From contig NC_068986.1 in assembly GCF_001194135.2 (NCBI RefSeq), forward strand, positions 7,917,020 to 7,981,019: 64,000 nucleotides of DNA, in the 5' to 3' direction. How positions within the stretch are numbered: the first letter of the stretch is position 1; each line of letters opens with the position of its first letter. Shown here piece after piece: positions 50,625 to 63,960 of this stretch. The notes under the pieces are model-generated. The model did not search any database, was not told the origin of the DNA, and worked only from the letters and a program-made list of their open reading frames with translations. This DNA is from Octopus bimaculoides. Lineage: Eukaryota. Position numbers and translations under genes: made by a program.

Positions 50625-51000
50625 CGTTTATTTGTTTTAGTTATTAGACTGCGACCATGCCGGTGTACCACCTTTAAGTGTTTAGCCGCTTGAATCTACG
50701 CCAGTAATCTTTTTTAAAGCTTAGTATTAATTCCAACGAACTTCTTTTTGCCAAACCACTAAGTTACGAGGTCGTAAATGAAGTAACACCGGTTATCAAG
50801 TGGTGATGATGACCAAAGCAGACACTCACACACATATACAACGGGATTCTTTCAGTTTTCCTCAACCTAATCCACTCACATTGTTTTTGTCAGCCCAGGG
50901 ATATTGCAGAATGTGTACCTGTCCAGTGTGCCAGCAGTGAGATCGATCCAGGAATTGGGTGGTTGAAAAGCAAGCTACTTACCACACGGACACGCCTACA
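50625..51000 (-). mobile_element. tRNA-derived CORE-like SINE (family A), near full length
   Basis: Minus strand begins tgtaggcgtgtccgtgtggtaagtagcttgcttttcaacc (A-box) ...ggatcgatctcactgctggcacactggacagg..., continues through the central body and ends in the ...gcatggtcgcagtctaataactaaaacaaata tail. Confidence 0.82.
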
Positions 51001-54000
51001 TCTTGTAGGGTTTATTGAAACTGAATTTTATTTTCGTTTGAAGATCGTATATGTGTGTGTGTATATGTTTCCATACTTATTAATACACAATATCTCACAG
51101 TGTTGCAGCTTCCGATTTGTAGAAATACTTCACAATGCACTGAAATGTTAGTGTTTGATAGTTACAAAGTCACGTGTCATGAATGCTTTGAGAAAAATCT
51201 TTAGGAATCGATACCGTTTTAATGAAACTTTCAGGAACTTTAGTCTTCTGAATAGTAAGTGTATTTTATGAAAAAGCTAATTCGATAAACAGTTGCAAAG
51301 ACTATGAAATATATCTAAATCATATTTTGATTGCCTTTCAACTGCTGGTTGCTGAATCATTGTCCAAAATAGAAAACCATACAATCTTAATTAATATCAG
51401 TATATAACAGAATATATTCAATTTATAATGAAATATCAAGCTCTCTCTTATATTTCCTTGTAATATACTCTTGAGATCACTTTTAAATAGGGATTATTTT
51501 ACATTATTTATAGCTATTTATTCTTTCAATATTTTCTATTTATTTTATTATTTCAACCGCCAGAAAATTGAAAATGTAAATTTTGGCGAGCGTGAAGAAT
51601 GAGTATAAGCAAAAATAGTGAAGGATGATTTACTTGGAATGAAAGTTATGGCCAAGCCCATTCGTCGTTGGGGAGTTATAGATTGTCGTAACTTTACAAA
51701 GCGCTTGAGAATGGTATGAACCTCAGAATGTACACATACACCACCTTTAAAAAAGTAACTTGTTCTGTTCGTGTAAAAATAATTTACGCCTGAAACATAC
51801 CATTCCAATATTTCTCAAGGTGCAAACTAGAAATGCTGCTGTTTATTCGGTGAATTTGGAACAAAGGTTTATAATACAAACCTGAAATGTATATACCTCA
51901 CACGTTCATAACTTTTCTTTTTCAGAAAGCATTTGTGATAATTTTTGTAGAATATTTTGCAATATTAGACGTGAACAAGGATTTCATTTAACAATGACTT
52001 CATTTAACAAGGACAGGTTCTCGATTTATCTTTACAGAAATTTTTCTTTAAAGTACACGCCACAAAAACCTAATTCTACAAAGCATGAAGAACTTTTTGC
52101 ATTCAAGGAGGAAGTTTCATAATTTTAATGTATCACTTTAAATCACTTGTATTAGAATCTATTTCAAATAATAGTGTTAAGTATTGTAAAGAATGCTATA
52201 TCGGAATTGTATACATCAGACAACCCGATTATAGTTTTTTTTATCTCTTCAAGCAGATTGTGATATTTTTACAGAAACTTTCATGATATTATTCAGAAAC
52301 TTAGCTATCAATAATATACTGAGATGAAGAACTAATTGTGTTCTTCTTAATATATTCCTGATATATAATATAACCAAGTATTAAGAATTCAATTGTTGAC
52401 TAATAAGTTCCAAGTTCGATTTCATTGCCGGTATTTTAATCAATTGTTTCGAGGCCATTATCTTCTAAGTGTAACTGTGTTAATATAAACTGTGTGTGCG
52501 CTCGTTGGATGGTTGATACGAGGAATCCTAAAGTTCAGTTTTGCTCTCCTGTCCTACTCTGGTTCTGAGTGAAGCTTACATTACAACTACACAGTAGAGA
52601 ATGTGCCTGCAGAAAGCTCGGCTTCATACAGTCAACTAAAATTTAATTTAAGGTCTGAACTAACCATTCGTTAATGATAATATGGGATCTATTTATAATA
52701 CGTTTAATGTACATAATATTGTGCAAGAAATTATTTTAGATTTCGTTTAAAACATAATTTTATTATTGTTGTATGGTAACATCTGTTGGTTATGTAATAT
52801 GGCATAAGCAAGGAATGAACACGGTCAGTCCATTGGTGTATACCAAATTTTACAAGTCATGACCACCTGCTTTATTCATGATATTCTGTTTTGTCGCTAT
52901 TTCAAATTTCTGATCATGGGTTAAAAGAGGTTTGTGAGACGATTTGAAAAGTTTTATCTGCTGTATAATAAATTTTATTCAAGCGAATAGAAGTCAACGT
53001 ATGTGTGTTTTTAACTAAGACTATTTTCAGCGACAATGTTATAAAGAACTGTACATTCACAACCCAAAACAGAATTAAATAGTGTAAAATTACAACAATT
53101 CAGTAAATATGTTTTTCAGATTTGTGCGACTTTTTCTTTATTCACAAGAAATATGTATGATTCGCTGACTAAATTCTACTATGAGAAGATTAAGGAATAA
53201 TGTTACCTTCCCATTAGATATTGTTTGCATTGTTGGTCGTTTTTGAAAGAAAAACAGCTGTGTGCAATTTCTGCGTAAGAAACTTCGAAGATTATACACT
53301 GCTATAATTTGGTCTGAAAACAATTCTCAGCGTGGTCTACAATTAAATCGTTTCTTTGCTTCCTGTGACCTTTGCTTAGAAATCACTGGCAAGAATCAAA
53401 GTCTTTGACACTTTAGGAAATAGAATACACCATTGTTTGTTTCCGTAGATTCAAATAAATCCCTGTCAAAAATAGTTTAGCGAGAGTAAATATTGAGTGT
53501 AATGGCACCTTGAGAATAATGAAAAGAACTGTCTCGACCAGTGTCCTTTTATACAATTGGAAAGATGGCAGGCTTGTTCGTACTTCATCTCGGTGTAAAT
53601 ACTGATCTCATATATTATTTGTACAGTTTGGTTACCGAGGAAGGAGAATGTTTTGCGTGCAGAGTTGCAAATAAAACAGGCAGTATTGTAGGTTCGTTGT
53701 TAGATTTATTGTTATTTACTGAAGGAAACTTATAGAGTGGCCTATAGAAGAATTCTACGAGCGTTATAGGTTTGGAAAGGGACCAGCAGACACACACAGC
53801 AACTTGAGTGAGATGGCGTTCTACTTTTAAAACTTTTGTTTGAAATCAGGTTTCTGGTGTTTGAAAGAAAGTCAGAAAAATCGAAATAAATCAAGATAAG
53901 ATTTATGATCTGCGAGAGTAAACGCTATTCAGCGTAGTTTTAGTCACGTGTACGTAAAGGAGATACTATGAGTGTTGTTATCGTATTGACCCTTTGTTGT

Positions 54001-54299
54001 GGTCAGTTAGTATTTGTGAAGAAAACCAAATGTATAAATCCACGCATGGGAATGCGTGGATGAATGAAGCTAAAGACGATGTCTTTTTTTTCATATAATA
54101 TTTTAATGTACACAAAATCTGATCGTCTGTCGTGATGCCTCTTCGATTTGAATTTTATAAGGTTTAAAAATCCTCAATACGCAATCCAGATCGATAGATT
54201 TGAGAAGCTGACAATGTTAGTAGTATAGGTTGTTGATGATGTTGGGGAGAAGAGTAACTCCATCAAAATCTAAATATTTAGTTTATTTCAGATGGTGAA

Positions 54300-55100
54300 A
54301 CTAGAATTGATTTTTTATCTTTGGAATTTCCCTAACACTGTTGTTCTGTTTTATGAAAGGAGTCAATATCATGTTCTAAATAAGAAATGTGTACTTTGTG
54401 TTCCATTTTTCACCGTCTCTATTGTTTAGAATTGGTGAAGGGCTTTCTTGTTTGGTGAGGGTAAGTTGTTATTGGAAGTTTTTCTCTAGTCTGATGCAAT
54501 TTGACCATTGCTAGAATTGTTACTTGTTCTGCTTATTTTGTTGAATGTTTTGCTACTTATTTTGGATTTCAATTTAGCTACCAATATTGTGCTAGTCTTT
54601 GGCGTACTGCCACATTTAGCTGCTTAATATCTAATTAGATTTATGTTGTATGTTAGGTTGGCGTGTTGCGTTTGTATTTGTTGCTCCTTTTTTATTTGAT
54701 AGTGTCTTTCATCTCTGTAATTATGGTTGTATTCTCATGTTGATTATCGGGATATGTATTTTCGTTAAATGTGTGTTGAGCTAAATCTATATTGTTGAAT
54801 GTAGTCTCATTGGATTCTGGCAAATGTAATTCTATCATTCAGTGAAAATGGTTCTACTGGGATATTGTGGTAGTTTATTTCCATGCAAGTATATATTTTT
54901 TCCCATTGATCTATGAGCGTATTGAGAGGTTGATAGCCAGGTGATTGGAGAAGAATTGGTAAATTGTTGTTTGCGGTATGTTTGACGTAGTCAGTTGTGG
55001 TGGGATGTGTGGGGGTGGATGAAAAGGAAGGAGAAAAAATGAAAGGAATTATTGGAGTTCACATAGTCTTTAGAAATTATTGACGTTAACGTAGTTTATT
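54300..55100 (-). mobile_element. Heavily decayed Penelope-like RT relic
   Basis: Minus-strand fragments in correct order: DYVKHT (SYVKDT), YHNIPVE (LYTNIP), QIK(K)GA...ANL (QI.GTAMG..AP.YANL); strong C/A strand skew. Confidence 0.35.
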
Positions 55101-55959
55101 GTTGTTTTGGTGGAAGTGGGTTTAGGTTGGAAATGGAATTTAGTTTTGATCTTATTGGAACGCATCCAGTGTTATATGAATTAAGTTTATAACGTGTCGT
55201 GCGTATTGAAGTAATTCCCTTGTGATAATGTGTGAGTGTATGTTGCGATAATTTAGTTTAAAAAGTGTTCACTATTGGAAAGAGGGTGAAGACGATGTTG
55301 GTTTAATAGGTTTATTCTGCTAATGTGTTCCCGTTTACTTTATTTATTCAGACTGTTTATAAACCGAGTATATTTTCGATACTTATTAGACTCTAATACA
55401 TGTCGAAAATATACTAATATTTAGAGTAAAAGTAACTTTCGTGATGTGGTGTATACTTTACTGATTTCTGCTTGTTTGTTTCTTCTCTTATTGATTAATG
55501 AATGCTGTGTGTGATGTTGAATAATTTTCAATTCTATGAAAGTATGTTTTAGGCATTTTTTTATTGTATCGTAATAGGTTTAGTTCAATGATGTGGTAAT
55601 ACAGTGGATTCCGTTGGTTGTAGTTGAGTATTTTGTGATTGTGTTCTTTGCATTTAGTATATTACTTGTTTTTGTTGGTGGTATGTTCGGGTTGGTATAT
55701 CTAGGGAATCTAATGGACGATAATGGTAGGACATCCAGATTATTTTAGTTTATTTATTCTTGTGATTCTGGAGAATATTTAAACCTGTTTTCATGGTGCT
55801 TTAAAACTGAACTTGCAATCTCCTTTGAGAATTTACTTCTTCCTATATTAAAGTGTCCTTGTTTTATATCATAATCGTTGAACGACAACTTCGGTGGTTA
55901 TAGTTTTCCCATAGGTCAGTTAATGTCTAAATATATTCTGATGTGCAAAGTCCCAGTTG

Positions 55960-58900
55960 AGTATCTTTACCTCGGTGAGGAACAAATGCCACAATAGACT
56001 TGGTTCAAAAAGTAACGGTGTTTAGTATTTTCGCCGATATATATTTTGTTCATTGATATACACTGGTGAAAGATATATACATCTCCACATTTAAAAAACA
56101 TGTATGTAGACATACATAGACTCATACAAGCATGTCTACATCTATTCATAGAGATGAAGATCATAAATAGAGTTTCCAGTGACAAAGTCCCTTTGAAATT
56201 TTTGCTCAACTTGCTCCGGAATAGAACCTGAAACCACGCGGGAACAAAGTAATCGTTGTAATCACACATCCATTCTTTGATTTGTCGGTATTTGTCATTT
56301 TTAGACATTAGCAAGACACATATTATTACGCGGCTGGGTGGTACTACCTTTCGCGATGGTACTTAACAGCAATATATGGTCTTTTTTATCTCTCTGTGAA
56401 TTAGCATATCCCAAAGTATGATCCCATTGTTACTCCTTAAGACTTTCACTAGTGTATGTTTATGGCACCTTTCTCTCGTTATTTCATTGTGCTGCCATAA
56501 TATCTTGTGTATGAAAGCTCCAACTTTGTCATGCATGTAGAACTATTCACTTGAGGCTACAACTGGAAAGTCAGAAATCACGTGATTAAGTATTTCTTCC
56601 AAACCATCAGAGATGCTAAACTTGTTTATTATGCTGCATTGAATGCTTTTGCTTGTTTCCGGTCGTAAATTTTTGCCTTATACCTAAAAAAATCATTCCC
56701 TTGCAACTACAATCCCTACACTGCCCAGCCATTGCCGAGATTTTCCTTCATCTCTGCTTTCAATCTTATTACGTATCGTTTTCATATCGCATTCTCCAAC
56801 ATTATGTTCAGTTATTACTTTCTTAACAGAGTTATTATTTCTACATTCTCATCACAAGAGTCATTGCCTCAATTTCAGTCATATATTTACTTGTTCCCTT
56901 TAAACAAAAAGCAGTGGTCTGTTTGTTTGTTTTCGTTTTGCAGGTTTGCTTTGTTTTTGTTTGGCTGGGGGTAGGAAGTTCTGCATTAATTACCATTTTA
57001 GTTATACTAGACATCTTTGTAATCCAGCACTGGATGTTCTATAATACTTTTTTTCTAATTGCAGAAAACCTCTATTCCTATATTCTATAACTATAATCTT
57101 TCTCTTTCGGATTTTGGTGGCGTATTCGACATGAAATCTCCATTATCTTGTTTCCGAAGCTAACCTTATTAAAGCATTTCATGTTCACTATGATATATCA
57201 TAACTGTAACCTGTAGCGATTATTATTGTCTATGGTTTTATTTTTCTGCTATTTACCTAATGTGTCTGTAATATTCTTTCCTGACTTTTCCTTTATATTT
57301 CGGCGTATTGTTCCATTGTTGAGCTCATTAATTCATAAGTATGTTTACTTTGATATGCTTAGATATGCTTCTTTATCTAACGTAATATTAATTGGGTTAA
57401 TAAATATTTCTCTTTCAAAATTTGCCCTGTTACATTTTCTAAAATAGAATTTCATATAAATTATTCCTTCAGTAAATCAGTGAATTCATTATCCATTTAT
57501 CTATCGTCTGCAGCATACAAAATGACGTCATTCAGATTCAAACGACAGTTGATTATTTTTCAATACCATTTATTACTGACTGCAGCTTACTTTAACATAC
57601 TGTTTAAAGATGTTAACAGTTTCCAGAAAAGAAATGACAAGAGGGGTTCATTTAAAATATTCTTTTTCTAATAGAAACAGGTAGAACATTTTTAATTCCC
57701 TCCACTTTGTGCTTCTGTGAAATTGGTTTCCTTTAAGTTATGCCATGTTTAAAAGCAATCAATCGATGCTCAGAGCTTCTGTCAGTATTCAGCCACGGCT
57801 TCGTTAGTCGGTAATTTATTCTGTACTGTCAGATAAGCTTGTGTAACCAACATTTTAATGATATATTAATTCTACTACTAGATAATCGTTACGTTCGTTT
57901 TCTATACATAAATCTTTCTGATATTTTCTGTTATTCATACTTTCGTTCATGTTTATCACATTCCGGATTTGTGGACCATATGCAAAGGTTCGTGTTTGTT
58001 TGTTTGCCGTTGATATTTCTATAGCAAACATAACTATTTATGTTCACGATTTCCGTTCTCAAACTTATACAGATCAAAGATTATATTTCCATTGTCTTAA
58101 TTTTTGTGTTGATTTGTTTGTATTTCGTTATGTTATGTTGTTGTTTTTTTGTCTTTTAGACGTTCAATTTCTGTGCTTGGTATCTTCCTACAAATAGTAT
58201 TTGAGGGTCTACGGTGTGGAATATATCCTTATTCATTTTAGTCTATCCGTTATGATTTTAAAAGACTTGACTGTTATTTCTTGAAGATGGGGCAATAGCG
58301 AGCACAATTGCAGTTTTTACAATTAGATGCTGGTTCATTTCTCTACAATACTCTATGTGTACATTTTGTTAGTCTCGGAGATTTGGCAGAACGTCATTTC
58401 AGGTTTCATATATCGTACTGAAAATAGGGATTCTCTTAGGAATACAGGGCCTAATGATATGATCTTCACGAGTGTTTCTCGTTTTTATTGTTTACTGAAT
58501 TTGACTGATCCTTATTTTAACAATTCCCTGTTAGTAGATAATGGGTATCCGTTGATTGACGTAAAATTGCAATGCGCTGTGGGAAAAATATCGATAAATT
58601 TTCACTAAGTTAAAATGTTTTTGGCGTATATATCATTCAATATTCTTTATATTTTTCGGTATTACTTCGGTGGTATTCGATTCATAAGCCCATAAGACGT
58701 TGGAGGAAAGGGATCAGCTTAGTATCAGCGTCTATCTCTTTCTCTTCGGTACCACATTACGTTTTCCCAGGCCCTTAATAATACCGTCATTTTGTCATCA
58801 CAAATCCTCCGTTTTTTTTTTGTCCATTTTATTGATAACATTTCAAGAAACGTCCGCATTTATTAATGGCGTCATTTGAAGTTGAAATATGAAAGCTTTA

Positions 58901-59330
58901 CCAGACGGTTTTTACCATACTTCTAACCCTTTTTTATAACTTATGCAGAACTTATGTCTTTATTTTCTTTTAGTAAGATGTCTTGCTTTATCTGCAAGTG
59001 TCAAATCTAAATATAGAAATTCTATAGACGTTCTCTATTTGTTCAAGGTTTCTATTTTGTCAAACGGTATAAGTTATGTGAACGTTTTGATAAGTTTTAT
59101 TATTAATGCATTTTTTCTTTCCTGCTCACGATTCTTTATAATGCTTAGGTTTTCACTGTTGTAAGACAAAAATAAAAATATCTTTCTATCATGACGGAAA
59201 ATCTCAGAGAAAATATATTTTTAGATTATTACACATTCCAAGAACTGTAGAGTTTTGCATGTGATTGATTCTTGCTTTCACTTATTTTCACTGGACGTTT
59301 GATTGTTGTTTAACCCTAGGTCAGCCTTCA
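55960..59330 (-). mobile_element. Long R4/Dong-like LINE relic (RT plus RLE)
   Basis: Minus strand, in order: IRKRIF* (IFQGD, ~57672-57630), INCRLNLNDVILYAADD (INHL.YMDD.KLYA, ~57557-57501), FYFRKCNRANFER (FGLDKCA), EEILNHVISDFPVVASSE*FYMHDKVG (~56605-56520), IILWDMLIH (~56425-56395), LMSKNDKYRQI. The 5' boundary beyond ~58200 is uncertain. Confidence 0.72.
58199..58311 (+). repeat. 113-bp direct repeat, copy 1
   Basis: Identical base for base to 59378-59490. Confidence 0.97.
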
Positions 59331-59377
59331 TAACTATGATCACAGGTTGTCCATACCTAAACTTATCATAGATCTGC

Positions 59378-59490
59378 ATTTGAGGGTCTACGGTGTGGAA
59401 TATATCCTTATTCATTTTAGTCTATCCGTTATGATTTTAAAAGACTTGACTGTTATTTCTTGAAGATGGGGCAATAGCGAGCACAATTGC
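59378..59490 (+). repeat. 113-bp direct repeat, copy 2
   Basis: Identical base for base to 58199-58311. Confidence 0.97.
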
Positions 59491-59636
59491 CTGTTGGTTT
59501 CTGTGCAAACAAGTTTCTCTATAGAGAAACACTTGACGGAAATACTTAGAGCAAATTATTTACAATATTGAAGGCTTCATTGAAACAAACATTTAGTAAT
59601 GTCTTCACGTTTTTTGTTTACTGAACTGTGCATCAG

Positions 59637-59739
<103 letters not shown>

Positions 59740-60214
59740 TATAATAGATAACAATGCAAGGAGCATGTGGCGAAAGAATGCTGAACATGGACATAATTAG
59801 AAATGTTGTTGCGGAAAGAGAGATTGTTCTAAACAAATTATACTTTGTTCTATAGAAATGGAAACGTTTGAAGATGAGAATAAAGGAAAAGCAATATCAA
59901 CCAAAGGATCTTTCAGCAAAATCTTTTATTTTTTCTGCAGATACCTCTCTAAGAATATACTAGGAAGCAGAGCGATATAAGAGAAAATAAACTTTATGAT
60001 AGATCTCAATCAATCCTTTCAATATATGATGAAAAATACCTAAAATGGCACAAAAGAGACGCTCAATAATGAGAACTATTAGAAAGAATTGGATCATGAG
60101 ACTCTAATAAGTCTTCAACATTTCCTCCTCTTTTCCGTTCAGATATTTTCTATCTAAAACATCATAAGAATACGCATGGAAATATTTGATTCTATTGTTA
60201 TTTGTATTATTTAT

Positions 60215-60231
60215 ATTATTATTAACATTTA

Positions 60232-60294
<63 letters not shown>

Positions 60295-60313
60295 CATTAT
60301 TATTATTATTATT
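60215..60313. repeat. (ATT)n microsatellite
   Basis: Read directly from the sequence. Confidence 0.95.
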
Positions 60314-60315
60314 TT

Positions 60316-60441
60316 AGGATTGATGTTATTCCTCCCGAAGGTAAAGAAACATTAAAAAGAGTGCGGATGTTATCGAACAAGAATGAAGTGTCGCACTCTT
60401 CTTATTGTTCCTTTACCTCCGGGAGGAGTAACATCAATCCT
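60316..60441. mobile_element. 126-bp foldback palindrome (MITE-like)
   Basis: Left arm aggattgatgttattcctcccgaaggtaaagaaaca versus reverse-complemented right arm aggattgatgttactcctcccggaggtaaaggaaca (3 differences in 36 nt); inner aagagtgcg/cgcactctt pair. Confidence 0.8.
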
Positions 60442-60476
60442 TAATTGTTACCAAAATGATGTAGATTGATTTACGG

Positions 60477-60622
60477 AATGAGTTCAAATTCCGCTGAGGT
60501 CGACTTTGCGTTTCATCCCTTAGAGGTTGATAAAATGAATACCAGTTGAGAACTGGAGCTGATGTAATCAACTTAGACCCACCCCATAACTGCTGACCTT
60601 CTGCCAAAATCTGAAATCATTG
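60477..60622 (+). mobile_element. SINE family B
   Basis: gagttcaaattccgctgaggtcgactttgcgtttcatcccttagaggttgataaaatgaataccagttgagaactggag. Confidence 0.8.
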
Positions 60623-60640
60623 TTATTGTTATCGACTATG

Positions 60641-60708
<68 letters not shown>

Positions 60709-60752
60709 CACACTCACGTACATATCTATCTATGTATATATACATTCATGGC

Positions 60753-60783
<31 letters not shown>

Positions 60784-60924
60784 NNNNNNNNNNNNNNNNN
60801 NNNNNNNNNNNNNNNNNNNNNNNNNNNNNNNNNNNNNNNNNNNNNNNNNNNNNNNNNNNNNNNNNNNNNNNNNNNNNNNNNNNNNNNNNNNNNNNNNNNN
60901 NNNNNNNNNNNNNNNNNNNNNNNN

Positions 60925-60968
<44 letters not shown>

Positions 60969-61003
60969 TGTACGTATATATTTATGTGTGTGTGTATGCA
61001 TAT

Positions 61004-62871
61004 AATCAAAATAAAGAACAAGATATGAAGTAGTGATGCAGTACAACCGTTTCAAGCGGCTCCATTTAATTGAACAATGCAAACATTACATCAATTTAAA
61101 TATAGTGACATTTTCAGCTGCACAAATAAATATAATTTTAACAAGTATGACTTCCAAGAATCGCATTAAGACTATTGCGGTCATTGTGTTGGAAGGAATT
61201 CTAATTCAATTCTAAATCATTTATCTCTTTATCAACTACTAAATCTAAGACTAGAACACTGTGTCTGTTTTGAATAAAGGACAAAAGTGAATTGACAGCA
61301 AGGTATGGTCATAAATATTATCAGATGCATCCCTTTTCCTCAGGGTAGAAATAACACATTAGGAGTAGTCAGTTGAATATAAGTAACTATCTATAAAAAG
61401 GAGCAGAGTAGGGGAAGACTTTAAATCATGATGTTAATTACCAGTTAAAGGGGCAAGACGCTAAGAAACGAAAGATGTTAATACAGAGGAATTTTTATTT
61501 TGGGGCACTATGTCTGATTGTTTATAAACAATATTGTTATCATGTATAAAACTAAAATTTAAGAATTTCAAAAATAATATCAGAACCAAAATACATCGAA
61601 GATGTGTATATATAAATTATAAACATGAAAAAGGAAAGATTACATAGTATCAGTTTAATATTCATTCATGTACTTAATTAATTATTTATTAGGTAGTTTC
61701 TATAAAGACTGCTCAGGGCATCTACTTATGGAACAGCTGGAAAGATATACATACTATCTATCAATTTTAAGCTATGAATCAGAAAAAAGTAAAGATGCAT
61801 ACAGATACACACGCATTCGTATATGTGCATATATACACATACACAAATATTTATACTTTATATGGATATTGTACAAGCATCTCGCATAGACTTAAGTACT
61901 GAAAAATATCTATTTACGAACATGAAAAGTAACAATTTATAAGAAATAAGAGGTTATTAGGTAACGATATCAAAATAAGAAAACAAAATAATAATAATTT
62001 ATAGAAAATAATAAGAAAAACATATAACCTACATATAAAGAGGTATGAAATTAAAATTGGATGTAGGGAAGAGATAAAGGTAACCCGAAAAGTGGGGTTA
62101 ATAGGTATGGTAGTAGTGAGGGCAGTTAAAGATATTCAGACTGAAGAGATTTATAAGTTGTAATGTTACAGGTGCTATTGTAAGCATGATTTTATAGTTT
62201 CTAGGGGGTATATAATTTAGTCGAAAGGAGGCTTACTTCTATAAAGTCACTACGAATATACATAATATGATCAGTAGGGTAGAACAATATAGAAAGGAAA
62301 ACAGTGTAATCACCAAAATAGGATGAAGTGCGACTAACTAGGCAGGGGTCATCATGGGATAGTATTAGAAATAGCACATCACATACCATAACACATAGCT
62401 TATAACATACGCAATGCAATTTAATTTACCATATAGCATGATATCCCATGATTTTATTATATTTAATAATAGGTGGTAAGTTTACAACGGATACAACACC
62501 AAAATTAATTTCCACCATCGAAGATCAAGTATGGCACCTATAATCGTTAGCTTCGAAAATACTTAAATGTACGGGTAACGATCCCTTACAACACTTGGAC
62601 CCCAAAAGGCTTCATGCGATTCTTGGAAGTGTAGTCTATTCTTAGCTACAATAGCGATAACATGAATTTCTTCCATCGTCTTGCTCTGTTAAAATATTTC
62701 AGAAAAATTATATTAATGTGTCCTAATTGTTACAATTCTATTTATTCATTTGTGCCGCTGAAGATGGCACTGCATTTAAATTGATGTAATGATTGCATTG
62801 TTCAATTAAATGGAGCTGCTTGAAACGGTCGTACTCCATCACTACTTGATATCCTGTTGTTTATTTTGATT
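61004..62871. mobile_element. ~1.87-kb segment bounded by long imperfect inverted repeats
   Basis: 61004-61143 pairs with 62735-62871, and 61150-61196 pairs with 62583-62630; no transposase recognised inside. Confidence 0.7.
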
Positions 62872-63121
62872 TTATTCATCTTACTTCGAGCTGTGCGGAT
62901 AATACTGCACTGACTTGGTGCTTCGACTTAAGTACTTAATTCAACTGAATCTCAATTAGTTCTTTTATATATATATATATGTATATATAGATAGACAGAT
63001 ATCAAGGTGTGATATGTGCACAGACACCACGCGCTTGTGTATATTCCAGTAAGATTTATATATATTACATATACGCATATACACACGTTTGCGGACATAC
63101 ATACACACACATATGTTTGTG

Positions 63122-63176
<55 letters not shown>

Positions 63177-63219
63177 ATATAATCATAAAAATGATATCAG
63201 TAGCCTAATGTAACCTATG

Positions 63220-63263
<44 letters not shown>

Positions 63264-63279
63264 CGTGTAAATAATAATA

Positions 63280-63520
63280 ATAGTATTTTTATATAAGCTT
63301 AAATCTTATGCCGATCACCGCGCAATGACTAAGGAAAATAGTCTAATAAAGGCGATTGTAAGCCCCCTTGACAGAAAGAAGAAGTTTCGTTTCCTATCCG
63401 CGTGGGAATCGAACCCAGATTCTTTTGTTAATGCGACTAAGCGTGCAACCTTTACACCAGCGAATCAGCCTTCTTTGCTTGCTAAATTTAAGAACTATAA
63501 TAGTTCCTGTTTGTTTTACT
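63280..63520 (-). mobile_element. tRNA-like-headed repeat (family D), head on minus strand
   Basis: Minus strand gctggtgtaaaggttgcacgc...gggttcgattcccacgcgg has A- and B-boxes; the shared family flank lies on the plus strand at 63290-63340. Confidence 0.6.
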
Positions 63521-63698
63521 ATATGTAAAGAAACTTTCTATATGCTTTCGGTGCGAATGTTTTTCTTTTTTATGCAGCGCTGTTTTCACAATCCTCTAAA
63601 TAATAATAGAAAAAATCTTTTGGCAGGGTTCCAAGTTATGGCTTATCACAATCCTATACTGTAAATTCGTGCATGAGCTCCAGATAAACTAGTTTCTA

Positions 63699-63940
63699 TA
63701 GAGTGATGTATAAGAGACAAGTTAAAATAATGGTCATTATGTATAATTCCTTTATTATAGCTAATTTGGCTTACAGCTGTTTCCAGGAGTCATTATAGAA
63801 CGGTTTACTCAATTGATCAAGAGACTAATTGAGTAAACCTATCTATAATGATTACTGCGAACAGTTGTAAGACAAGTTTGCTATAAGAAAGGAAGTGTAT
63901 GTAATGACCGTTATTTTAATTTGTCTTATATATCACTCTG
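63699..63940. mobile_element. 242-bp whole-length foldback MITE, Tc1/mariner-like (TA target)
   Basis: TA-(t)agagtgatgtataag...cttatatatcactctg-TA; the arms pair over ~115 bp around a ~12-nt loop at 63815-63826. Confidence 0.85.
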
Positions 63941-63960
63941 TATATAGATACATACAAAAT

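Noticed and set aside
63773-63869. Stand-alone pre-miRNA
   Set aside because: Pairing extends a further ~75 bp each side to TA-flanked TIRs, so it is the centre of a MITE.
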